A stretch of 64,000 nucleotides of DNA from an uncultured delta proteobacterium. GTDB taxonomy: Bacteria; Desulfobacterota; Binatia; UBA9968. The notes beneath the pieces were generated by a model that had not been told where the DNA came from, ran no database searches, and was given only the letters and a program-made list of their open reading frames with translations. Location of the stretch: the NCBI GenBank assembly GCA_963771465.1, contig CAVYTU010000017.1, forward strand, positions 288,001 through 352,000, written 5' to 3'. Made by a program: the position numbers and the translations under genes. Of the stretch, positions 9,558 through 18,387 are shown piece after piece. Within the stretch, counting starts at the first letter, position 1. The number at the start of each line of letters is the position of its first letter.

Positions 9558-10844
9558 ATGGCAAGTCCTGACTCTCAGTCTGATCCCTCAGCGGCGAAAC
9601 CCGCGGCGCGCGTTGCTTTCGCCGCGTTGCATCATCGCGACTATCGGCGCTATTTTCTCGTTCACCTGTGCTCGACCATGGGCGATAACATCGAGCATGT
9701 GATCAGCTACTGGCTGCTTTATCAAAAGTTCAAATCGCCGGTGCTCGCCGGCTTTGCCGTGATCAGCCACTGGATGCCGTTTTTATTTTTTGCCGTCTAT
9801 TTCGGCGCCCTCGCCGACCGGCACGATTGTCGGCGCGTGATCCAAGCCTCGCAGCTGATGTATGCCTTGGTATCGCTCACTTGGGGCATACTTTTTTTTA
9901 CCGACACGATCGAAGTCTGGCACGCTTGCGTGCTGCTGGTGATTCACGGCATGGCCGGTGTCTTAGGCGGGCCGGGCGGCCAGCTGATCATTCACGATAT
10001 CGTCGGACGGGAATATCTCCAGAGCGCCGTAAGGCTGAATTCGACATCGCGCAATTTGGGCGTGCTCTTGGGTCCAGGGATAGGCGGCGCGACGATGCTT
10101 TGGTTCGGCGCGCCCACGGGACTCTTCATCAATACGTTGATGTTTTTACCCAACCTCCTCTTCATGTTCTTCCTGCCCTACACCGGCCATGGGCGGGACG
10201 ACGTGGGAAGCAGAAGAGCGCCGCGATTTAGTTTCAAGAGCACGATCCAACTGATGCGCGAGACGTCGGCCAATCCGACGATTTTTTCGATGATACTCCT
10301 GGGCGGCGCGACCTCGCTGCTCGTCGGCAACGCGTTCCAAGCGCAGATGCCGGAGTTCGCCCACGATCTCGGCCATGACAAGCAAGATGTCGCCTATAGC
10401 GTTCTGTTGGCATCGAGCGCCGCCGGAGCGGTGATCGGCGGTCTTTTGCTCGAAGGCAAGGGATGGCTCAGAGCCAACGCCAGTAACGCCGCGATCTGCT
10501 CGATACTTTGGTGCGTGGTGATTGCCGCGTTTGCCGCTTCGACGAGTTATCCGCTTTCCGTTGCTTTGCTGTTTTTCGCCGGAGTTCTAAATCTGGCTTT
10601 TCATTCCATGGCGCAAACCCTGGTGCAGCTCCAGGCGCCGCCGCAACTACGTGGACGGTTGATCGGTTTGTTCAATATGTCGAACAATGGTCTGCGCGCC
10701 TTTAGCGGCGTGACCGTCGGCGTGGTCGGCGGCCTAATCGGTGTTCACTGGTCATTGGCGTTGAGCGCCATGGTGTTGCTGGCGGTGACGGTCGCGCTGT
10801 TTGCGTTGGTGATCCCGGCGCGAGGTAGCGAAGCTTCGCATTAG
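9558..10844 (+). CDS. MFS transporter, paralog 3
   Basis: Same motifs (GDNIEHVISYW, GALADRHDCRR, LRGRLIG). Confidence 0.9.
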   Translation: MASPDSQSDPSAAKPAARVAFAALHHRDYRRYFLVHLCSTMGDNIEHVISYWLLYQKFKSPVLAGFAVISHWMPFLFFAVYFGALADRHDCRRVIQASQLMYALVSLTWGILFFTDTIEVWHACVLLVIHGMAGVLGGPGGQLIIHDIVGREYLQSAVRLNSTSRNLGVLLGPGIGGATMLWFGAPTGLFINTLMFLPNLLFMFFLPYTGHGRDDVGSRRAPRFSFKSTIQLMRETSANPTIFSMILLGGATSLLVGNAFQAQMPEFAHDLGHDKQDVAYSVLLASSAAGAVIGGLLLEGKGWLRANASNAAICSILWCVVIAAFAASTSYPLSVALLFFAGVLNLAFHSMAQTLVQLQAPPQLRGRLIGLFNMSNNGLRAFSGVTVGVVGGLIGVHWSLALSAMVLLAVTVALFALVIPARGSEASH

Positions 10845-10882
10845 AGAATGTGGAGAAGTGGCCGCAAAGAACGGAAGTTCAT

Positions 10883-10965
10883 TTCACCACGAAGGACACG
10901 AAGAGCACGAAGTTCGGAAAATATTTATCCGAACCCTTCGTGTCCTTCGTGATCTTCGTGGTGAA
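10883..10965. repeat. Palindromic element built from 9-nt CACGAAGNN tandem units
   Basis: TTCAC-(CACGAAG)x3 / TTCGGA..TCCGAA / (CTTCGTG)x3-GTGAA, between convergent genes. Confidence 0.85.
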
Positions 10966-10986
10966 TAGTTTGTTTTGATCTCGCGC

Positions 10987-11946
10987 TTACGCGGCTTGGT
11001 GGGTACCTTGGGGACGGAATTCGTTCTGCTTGAGCGCGCGATAGCTATCGAGAAGTTGTTTTTTCTCAGCCTCGGAAATTCCTAACTGCGGGCGGCGCAC
11101 TGTTGCCGTTTTGATCAATCCTTCATAGTGCAGCACGGCTTTGATCCGTGCCACCGCTTCGACGATCGGTTCGTTGAAAACTAGTTCTTTAATCGATTCC
11201 AGTTCCTTCTGGATCGCGGCGGCTTGGTCGAACTTGCCGGCGCGGCCGGCGAAGTCTAACGCGCCCCATTTTTCCGTCGCCACGTTGGCGACGCCAATCA
11301 ACGCGCCGTTGGCGCCGAGCTGGTAACTCTCGGCGACGAAGCGGTCGTTGCCGGTGAGCACGCGCATGACGGCTTTGTCGGCATGCAGCCGCTTGACCGT
11401 GTCGGTGAACAGATTGATATCGAAAGACGCTTCCTTAAAGGCGACGACGTTATCCAAGCGGGCGATACGGCAAATCGTGTCGGCATCGTAGTAGTAGCTT
11501 TTAACCGGAATTTGGAAAAGCACGACGGGCAATTTCGTCTCGCGCGCGAGATCTTCGAAGAAACGCACTTTGAGATTGGGATCGACTTTGCCCCAGGCGA
11601 ACAGCAGCGGCGGAAATATCATGACGCCGTCGACGGCAAGATTTTCCAGATCGCCCATGAGCGCGACCGCTTCGTCGGTGGACTGGGGCGCGATGGCGGC
11701 GATGTGAACTTTACCGGCGGCGCGCGCCGCTTTGCCGCAAACTTCGTAGACTCTTCGTTTCTCGTCGAGGCTGAGCACCGGACTCTCGCCGATGCGCGCG
11801 CAGGAAACCAGGCCGGCAACGCCGGGCAGGGACGCGAAGTGTTGGGTAAGGCGCGCTAGACTGTCTGGGTCTAAGGAACCGTCGTGGTTAAACGGCGTGA
11901 CGTACGGGATAAATAGGCCACCGAAACGTTCGTGGTTAGTTGCCAT
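10987..11946 (-). CDS. DapA/N-acetylneuraminate lyase family protein
   Basis: VTPF...G.LD, Schiff-base Lys in AFKEAS, LTGND; GGAGGA RBS. Confidence 0.85.
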   Translation of the reverse strand: MATNHERFGGLFIPYVTPFNHDGSLDPDSLARLTQHFASLPGVAGLVSCARIGESPVLSLDEKRRVYEVCGKAARAAGKVHIAAIAPQSTDEAVALMGDLENLAVDGVMIFPPLLFAWGKVDPNLKVRFFEDLARETKLPVVLFQIPVKSYYYDADTICRIARLDNVVAFKEASFDINLFTDTVKRLHADKAVMRVLTGNDRFVAESYQLGANGALIGVANVATEKWGALDFAGRAGKFDQAAAIQKELESIKELVFNEPIVEAVARIKAVLHYEGLIKTATVRRPQLGISEAEKKQLLDSYRALKQNEFRPQGTHQAA

Positions 11947-12046
11947 GTGGCTCCTCCGCAAAATGCGGTTGAAATTATTACCGCTCCAAGTAGAACAGAA
12001 TGCGACGACTGGTTCAAGTTGAGTTTGCCGAGGAGTGCGTCAAAAA

Positions 12047-13609
12047 ATGAACAAAATCATTTCCTGCCAGGAACTCGCAACGTTGGTGGCGTCGGACGGC
12101 TTGTTCGCTGTCTTCGACGTGCGCGAGCGCGGCGAGTACAACGATTGCCAAATTCCCAACACGACTTCGCTGCCACGCAGCCAGATCGAGTTTCGTATCG
12201 CCGAGTTACTACCCAGCCGCTCCATTCCAGTTGTCGTCTATGACGAGGGCGGCAAGCGCGCGGAGGTCGCTGCCGAGACATTGACGCACCTTGGCTATGC
12301 GCAGGTTTCAATTCTCGATGGCGGCTTGACGGCGTGGCGGAATGAAGGCCGGGAAATCGTTAGCGGCGTCAACGTGCCGAGCAAGGCGTTTGGCGAGCAT
12401 GTGCACCATGATCGAAACGTGCCGGACTTGGCGCCGGAAGAATTGAAAAATTTGATTGACAGCAATGCTGAGTTAACGATTCTCGACGTGCGTACGCCGG
12501 AAGAGTTCGGCAGGTTTTGCATTCCCGGTGGTTTGAATGTTCCCGGTGGCGATTTGATTCTTTGGGCTGATGAATTGCGACACAAACCGACGGTCATCGT
12601 CAACTGCGCCGGCCGCACGCGTAGCATCATTGGCACCGCCGCGCTGCGGCGCCTGGGCTTGACCAACGTGCGCGCGCTTCGCAACGGCACCATGGGTTGG
12701 CTGCTGGCGGGATTTCAATTGGAAACTCGGCCATTGCGTCGCGGACCAGCGGCGAATTCGGACAGCAGAGTGCGGGCACTCACAACAGCTCTCAGTATTG
12801 CGGCGGAAGAGAAGCTAACGTGGATCACGGTCGAAGATTTCGATCGTTTGATTAAAGAATCGCGCGCGACTGTCGCCTATCTTATCGATGTCCGGTCTGA
12901 AGATGAATTTGCCGCCGCTCATATCGCCGGCTCGATCAACGTGCCCGGCGGACAGGCGGTGCAGCGCGCCGATGATTTCGTGCCGGTGCGCAATGCCGAG
13001 ATAGTTTTTATCAGTAATCAGTCGGCGCGCGCCGTGATGGCGGCGTTCTGGTATCGGCAGATGGGATTCAAACAGGTTCGCGTGCTGGAAGGGGGCCTGG
13101 AGGCATGGCAGGCGAGCGGTCAGGGGCTAGTTGCTGGCATATCGATGGCGGAACCGTCGAGCTTCAGTGCGGCGCAGCGTAGTACGCAATATATCGATGG
13201 CGCAAAACTGCAAAACCATATCGATAGTGGATCGTACACGGTGCTCGATGTTAGCACGAGTCTTGAACATGAAACTGCCCATGTGCCGGGTGCCAAGTGG
13301 ATATCTCGTGGCTGGATTGACATCAAGTTGCCGGAGCTGATCGCTGATCGCGCTCAAAAAATTATTTTGACGTGCCGCGATGGACGGCAATCGACTTTCG
13401 CAGCGCAACAGCTGGCGCGAGTCGGATTCGCCAATATTTCTGTGCTTGTCGACGGCGTACGTGGTTGGACGGCGGCAGGCTACCCAACCGATTCGGGGCT
13501 GAGAGACGCGCTGACTCCGGCGAACGATGTGGTTTTGTCGCCTTCGATTCGTGGCAACAAAGAGGACATGCAGAAATATCTGGATTGGGAACTCACGCTC
13601 AAGCACTGA
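12047..13609 (+). CDS. Four-domain rhodanese/sulfurtransferase
   Basis: Four rhodanese repeats (DVRERGEY, DVRTPEEF, DVRSEDEF, DVSTSLEH); SGVNVPSKAFGE; VNCAGRTRS active-site loop. Confidence 0.9.
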   Translation: MNKIISCQELATLVASDGLFAVFDVRERGEYNDCQIPNTTSLPRSQIEFRIAELLPSRSIPVVVYDEGGKRAEVAAETLTHLGYAQVSILDGGLTAWRNEGREIVSGVNVPSKAFGEHVHHDRNVPDLAPEELKNLIDSNAELTILDVRTPEEFGRFCIPGGLNVPGGDLILWADELRHKPTVIVNCAGRTRSIIGTAALRRLGLTNVRALRNGTMGWLLAGFQLETRPLRRGPAANSDSRVRALTTALSIAAEEKLTWITVEDFDRLIKESRATVAYLIDVRSEDEFAAAHIAGSINVPGGQAVQRADDFVPVRNAEIVFISNQSARAVMAAFWYRQMGFKQVRVLEGGLEAWQASGQGLVAGISMAEPSSFSAAQRSTQYIDGAKLQNHIDSGSYTVLDVSTSLEHETAHVPGAKWISRGWIDIKLPELIADRAQKIILTCRDGRQSTFAAQQLARVGFANISVLVDGVRGWTAAGYPTDSGLRDALTPANDVVLSPSIRGNKEDMQKYLDWELTLKH

Positions 13610-14176
13610 TTAGCAATTGTCGTATTTTGCGCTGGCGAAAAACTTAACGGACCGAGTGGCGACGTCGAATTGCAACCGCTGCATGTTGACCAACTCTTTG
13701 CCGTAGACGTGCACTTCGACGGTGTTTTTCTTCGTGACATTGAGCATTTCGTGGATGTCATTTTCGGGTGCGAGCAGGGTCGACACCATACCGGCTTGGT
13801 TGCGATTCACGCCTTTTACTTCCAACTCGGCGTGACCTTCTTTCGAGCCGTCGTCCAGTCTGACAAAGCGGGTTTCTTGAAGCTCGTTTTCGTGCACGCC
13901 GACCAATCCCCAAGTGTCATGATTGTGCGCCTTGGCATTATCGCCGGGCCCCCAAACTACCGAAGAGATGTTGAAGAGCGGCGCCCGGTGGAGCATGTAG
14001 CGGCCGTAGATCTTGCCGCCATGTTGTTTGAAGCGTGGCTCGATGCAGTTCGGATTCTGCACCAATTCCGCGAGCAGCGGTTTCGCCGCCGCGACGATTT
14101 TTGCTTGTGAGGTTTCGGCGCGGGTAATTCGATCGAGATCCTCAATGAAGTCGGCGAGCGCGTAACGATCGGCCAT
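13610..14176 (-). CDS. Cysteine/3-mercaptopropionate dioxygenase family (cupin)
   Basis: W.PG...AHNHDTWG and DIH 3-His Fe site, HVYG. Confidence 0.85.
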   Translation of the reverse strand: MADRYALADFIEDLDRITRAETSQAKIVAAAKPLLAELVQNPNCIEPRFKQHGGKIYGRYMLHRAPLFNISSVVWGPGDNAKAHNHDTWGLVGVHENELQETRFVRLDDGSKEGHAELEVKGVNRNQAGMVSTLLAPENDIHEMLNVTKKNTVEVHVYGKELVNMQRLQFDVATRSVKFFASAKYDNC

Positions 14177-14185
14177 AATAAAGAA

Positions 14186-14635
14186 TTACTTTCCACGTAC
14201 CGTCAGCACCGGGCAGTTCGCCGACGAAACGACTTTGCCGGCGACGCTGCCCATGAAGAGTTTCGAAAGCCCCGTGCGACCGTGAGTGCCGATGACGATC
14301 ATATCGGCTTTCTTGCTTTTTGCCACTTTGACGATTTGATCGTGGACCGAGCCTTTGAACAACAGGCCCTGAGCTCTGACCTTGAGCTTTTTAAGTCGCG
14401 CGATCAGCTTACTCATGGACGATTGGGATTCCTGTGTAGCGAGGTCTTCCAATTTCGTGTACATTTCTGCGCTGCCGAACTCCTCCTCGCCGGCGACGAA
14501 AGGCGCGGGTTCAATGACGTGAACCACTAACAGTTCGGCGCGGTTTTGCTTGGCCAGCTTGACGGCTTCTGCGAGCGCCCGACTCGATGCCTTCGAGTAG
14601 TCGGTCGCGTAAAGGATTTTCTTGATGCCTGCCAC
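14186..14635 (-). CDS. Universal stress protein
   Basis: ILYATDYS; IVIGTHGRTGL..LFMGSVA..VV..A.CPVL. Confidence 0.93.
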   Translation of the reverse strand: MAGIKKILYATDYSKASSRALAEAVKLAKQNRAELLVVHVIEPAPFVAGEEEFGSAEMYTKLEDLATQESQSSMSKLIARLKKLKVRAQGLLFKGSVHDQIVKVAKSKKADMIVIGTHGRTGLSKLFMGSVAGKVVSSANCPVLTVRGK

Positions 14636-14681
14636 GTTAACGCTCCTTGAGGATGACTCGGTTCAGCTCGACATAACCGTT

Positions 14682-15734
14682 CTACGCAGCCTGCTTTTGC
14701 ACGCGCGGCAACTTCGCCGCGTCGATGTCGTAGAGCCGGCAGACGTTGTCGCAGACGACTTTACGCTGAATCTCCGCAGGCAGGTGGCCAAGGTCGCGTT
14801 CGATGATTTTTCTTGAGTTGGGCCAGGTCGAATTGGGATGCGGGAAGTCGTTGGACCACATGACGGTGTCTTGGCCCCAAAAGGCGAGGTTCTCGCCGCA
14901 GACATGGTCGTTGAAGAAGCAGGAATAAATCTGATCTTTGACGAAGCTGCTCGGATTGCGCGTAAACGCCGGCGGATTGTCTTTCTTGAAACGATTGTAA
15001 TAGTAATCCCACTGCTGGAAGATCCACGGCATCCAGCCGACTTCATTTTCCACCGAAACGATCTTCAGCTTCGGGTGCCTTTCAAGCACGCCGCAGAATA
15101 CCAACTCGAAGAGCGCATTGGCGATGTCCATCAGCTTCAAATTCACGCTGCCGCGGTAGCGCTCGACGCCTTTGCGGTTTTTGTCTTTATTATAACTGTG
15201 GCCGGTCAGGATATGCAGGCTCACCGGCGCGTCTAAACTTTCGCAGGCTGACCAGAATCTTTCATAGTGGTCGGAAGTGAACGGCAGATCTTTATGCGGC
15301 GCCTGCCAGATGAGCGCGCCTTTCAAGCCGGCTTTGCGGCAGCGTTCGAGCTCTTTGATGCCGTTGTCGATGTTGTAAACCGGGATCGCTGGAATACCGA
15401 TCAGGCGGTCGGTGTTGGCGTTGCAGTAGCTGATCAACCAGTCGTTGTAAGCGTGGAAACAGGCTTCCTGGAGGCCGGCATCGTCGATGGCGAAAAGATC
15501 GAGGCCCAGGGTTGGATAAAGCACTTCGGCGCTCAGACCGTCGGTTTCCATTTCTTTCATGCGCGCATGCGGATCCCAGCCGCCGGCGTGTTTTTGAAAG
15601 CCTTCGCCGACCTGATGCGGCGGAAACAGCGGCGCCGCGTCGCGATATTTTTCCGCCACGCCTTTTTTCCAAAGGTCTACCGGCTCCATGACGTGAGAAT
15701 CCGACGAAATAATCAGATCGCTTGCGATGGCCAT
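14682..15734 (-). CDS. Amidohydrolase 2 family protein
   Basis: SSDSHVMEP, LHI, WSNDFPH. Confidence 0.88.
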   Translation of the reverse strand: MAIASDLIISSDSHVMEPVDLWKKGVAEKYRDAAPLFPPHQVGEGFQKHAGGWDPHARMKEMETDGLSAEVLYPTLGLDLFAIDDAGLQEACFHAYNDWLISYCNANTDRLIGIPAIPVYNIDNGIKELERCRKAGLKGALIWQAPHKDLPFTSDHYERFWSACESLDAPVSLHILTGHSYNKDKNRKGVERYRGSVNLKLMDIANALFELVFCGVLERHPKLKIVSVENEVGWMPWIFQQWDYYYNRFKKDNPPAFTRNPSSFVKDQIYSCFFNDHVCGENLAFWGQDTVMWSNDFPHPNSTWPNSRKIIERDLGHLPAEIQRKVVCDNVCRLYDIDAAKLPRVQKQAA

Positions 15735-15834
15735 TGATCGATCCTCCTGAATATTGAGTTGAAGATTTAGCTGCACATTAGTCGAAAGGCGACGTGGCTG
15801 TCAATTGGTGGGAAGGCAACAGGAAGACAGTTTG

Positions 15835-16470
15835 TTACTTGCGCCACACCGATGCGAGCCACGGTTGCTGCTCGCACGGTAGCCCTGTTGGGCGATAGTA
15901 ATGGCGAACTTCGCTGAAGCCCGCTGCGGTAACCAATTCTTTCCAACGCGGCCAATCGTAGTAGCAACCGTAACGCTCGCCGCTCCAGCCTTCTTGATTG
16001 TCGCCGCGCGGGTTGGAGCTAAAGAGCACGCCGTCCGGTTTTAGCGTGGCGTAAAGTTCGCGCATCACGCGCGGCAGTTCCTGGCTTGGCACATGGAACA
16101 GTGACGCGTTGGCAAAGATGCCGTCGAAATATTCCGCAGGCAGGTCGAGCTTGAGAAAGTCCTGGCACCAAACTTCGCAGCCACTGTGTTCGCGCGCCAT
16201 CGCGACGAAACGCTCGGAGCCATCGAGGCCGATCGCTTCCTGTCCCAACTCTTTGAAAGTTATTAAGTCGCGCCCCGGCCCGCAGCCGAAATCGAGAACG
16301 CGAAAAGGCGCTGAACCGATCAAACTCTGCAGCAGAGCGTCGATATTCTGGCTGACATCATGATCGCGCGTGTCGCGCCAAAAAATTTCGGCGCGTTGAT
16401 CGTAGTGGCCGAGGGTGACGGATGAGGTTTTGGCGAGGTCTTTCGGAGCAAGCATGAGCGCAGAGGTCAT
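15835..16470 (-). CDS. Class I SAM-dependent methyltransferase
   Basis: LDFGCGPGRD; FDGIFANASLFH. Confidence 0.9.
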   Translation of the reverse strand: MTSALMLAPKDLAKTSSVTLGHYDQRAEIFWRDTRDHDVSQNIDALLQSLIGSAPFRVLDFGCGPGRDLITFKELGQEAIGLDGSERFVAMAREHSGCEVWCQDFLKLDLPAEYFDGIFANASLFHVPSQELPRVMRELYATLKPDGVLFSSNPRGDNQEGWSGERYGCYYDWPRWKELVTAAGFSEVRHYYRPTGLPCEQQPWLASVWRK

Positions 16471-17450
16471 TTCTGCTGCACATTCGGATTGATCAGTTTC
16501 AACGGCTTGCCGTCGAGATAAGTCAGAATATTCGTCAGTGCCTGTTCGTAGCGCTCGCTTAAGATTTCCACCGTGGCGTAGCCGCGGTGCGACATGAGTA
16601 TGGCGTTGTCGAAACGGCGCAGCGGGTGATCCATCGGCAAAGGTTCGTTGTCATAGACGTCGAGGCCGACGCCGCCGAGCTGGCCGCTTTCGAGCGCTTT
16701 GAGCATCGCTTGCTCGTTGATGATCGGGCCGCGGCCGGTATTAACCAGGCAGGCGCCGCGTTTCATTAACGCTATTTCTTTTTCGCCGACTAAACCGACG
16801 GTTTCGGCATTCAAGTGGACATGGACCGTGACGAAGTCCGATTCTCTGAAAAGCGTTTCCCTCGACACCGATTCGGCGCCGACTTGGGCGGCTCGTTCCG
16901 GCGTCAAGCTGCGCGACCAGCCAAGCACTCTGGTGTTAAAGGCTTTCATGATCCGCGCAACTTCATTGCCGATACGGCCGAGACCGACGATGCCGATGGT
17001 TTTACCTTCGAGCATCATGCCGGTCAGCGGCGGCCAGCTTTCTTCGCGCATGCGTTGATTCACCTGGGGAATCTTGCGCGCTAACGCGAGGATCAAGCCG
17101 ATGGTAAGTTCCTTGGTCGTTGCGCCGGTGTCGCTTGGTGTGCCGGAGATGGCGATGCCGCGGCGGGTAGCGTTTGCTAAATCGAGATGGTGGCTGGTGC
17201 GGCCGGTTTGCGAGATGAATTTGAGTTTCGGTAGTTGGCTATACTCTGTGTCGCTAAAAAATGTTCGCTCGCGCATGAGCAAGAGCGCGTCGAACTCGCG
17301 CAACCTTGAGACAATCTTCTCGCTTGAATCGAGACGCTCGCGCAGGATCGTGATTTCGGCGCGCGCCTTGAGCTTTTCGTATGCCGGTACGGTGTCGGAA
17401 ATCTTTTCGAAGTCGTCGAGGATGGCGACTTTAAAGTTGTTACTTGCCAT
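16467..17450 (-). CDS. D-2-hydroxyacid dehydrogenase family protein
   Basis: MRERT, GIVGLGRIG, VNTGRG, DVYDNEP. Confidence 0.9.
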   Translation of the reverse strand: MASNNFKVAILDDFEKISDTVPAYEKLKARAEITILRERLDSSEKIVSRLREFDALLLMRERTFFSDTEYSQLPKLKFISQTGRTSHHLDLANATRRGIAISGTPSDTGATTKELTIGLILALARKIPQVNQRMREESWPPLTGMMLEGKTIGIVGLGRIGNEVARIMKAFNTRVLGWSRSLTPERAAQVGAESVSRETLFRESDFVTVHVHLNAETVGLVGEKEIALMKRGACLVNTGRGPIINEQAMLKALESGQLGGVGLDVYDNEPLPMDHPLRRFDNAILMSHRGYATVEILSERYEQALTNILTYLDGKPLKLINPNVQQK

Positions 17451-17514
17451 AACTGCCTTTTAAATAAGCGTGCAGCGATTGACGCGCTTGGCTCGTCCAA
17501 TGTCCATACAATAC

Positions 17515-17603
17515 AAATCCCCCTCGATCCCCCTTTTTCAAAGGGGGAAATTCTTGACCACCGCAGTTTCCCCTCTTTGAAAAAGAGGAGCCAGGGGAGA
17601 TTT
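17515..17603. repeat. REP-like composite palindrome (CCCCCTTT.CAAAGGGGG type)
   Basis: Outer AAATCCCCCT...GGGGAGATTT enclosing the hairpins CCCCCTTTTTCAAAGGGGG and CCTCTTTGAAAAAGAGG. Confidence 0.8.
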
Positions 17604-17627
17604 TCTACTTTGGTTTGTCATAATCAA

Positions 17628-18308
17628 TTACGCCGTTGCAGTAACTTCGACTTCGCAGAACTTGCCTGGCGAAGAGTAGCCGTCGACGAAGCAATACTCC
17701 ATTTGCGGCATCTTCGCCGTTACGTGGCGCGCGAAGAGCGCTTTTAAATTATCCACGGTCTGGCTGCGATGCAAGTAAAACGACACCCGCCCGACCTTGT
17801 CCCACGAGCTGCCGGCGTCGGCGAGGGAGTCCGTGATGCGCGGGATGATGTTGTTCAATTGTTCTTCAAGCGTTGGTAACACGGTGGTGACTCCGGATAA
17901 TACCACTATGGAATCGTAAACTAGAAATCGGATCGGCACGATCGGCGGATCGTATTCAACGATTCGCTTGGAGCCGTTCGGGTCGGTCGGGCGCATCGCC
18001 AGCAAATCGACGGCAACCTTGGCGGCGGAGTCGAAATGGCCCGGCGCGATGTAGCTTGAACTTGCCGAGCGCGATTGGCCGGAGAGGGTTTTGACGCGCT
18101 CAGTGCTGCCGAGATCGCGGCTTTCCCGGTCGCGGCCCCAGAGGCGGCTGCGCACGGTGTGAGCCAAGGACAAACCGTGGAACTTCAGTTCTTCGTTGAA
18201 GCGGTTGAAAAGTTCTTGCCCTTCAACCGTTGCGGTCGCCGCTGGCTTGGCTTCGCCACAAAGCTCGATGAACTCCCGACCCAACCATGAGAAGATTTTT
18301 TTACGCAT
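17628..18308 (-). CDS. Two-domain RidA/YjgF-like protein
   Basis: Two YjgF-like units; L..AGSSW..V..V.FYL and EVEVTA C-terminus. Confidence 0.7.
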   Translation of the reverse strand: MRKKIFSWLGREFIELCGEAKPAATATVEGQELFNRFNEELKFHGLSLAHTVRSRLWGRDRESRDLGSTERVKTLSGQSRSASSSYIAPGHFDSAAKVAVDLLAMRPTDPNGSKRIVEYDPPIVPIRFLVYDSIVVLSGVTTVLPTLEEQLNNIIPRITDSLADAGSSWDKVGRVSFYLHRSQTVDNLKALFARHVTAKMPQMEYCFVDGYSSPGKFCEVEVTATA

Positions 18309-18387
18309 GGCGATTACCTCCCGTCATTGCGGCGCTGATACTATCCCAGTGCCTTTATCGGATCAACGGAATCGTCGTCGAGAATGG

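Noticed and set aside
10883-10965. CRISPR-like repeats
   Set aside because: Units are 7-9 nt without unique spacers, and there are no cas genes; the same applies to the other short-repeat elements
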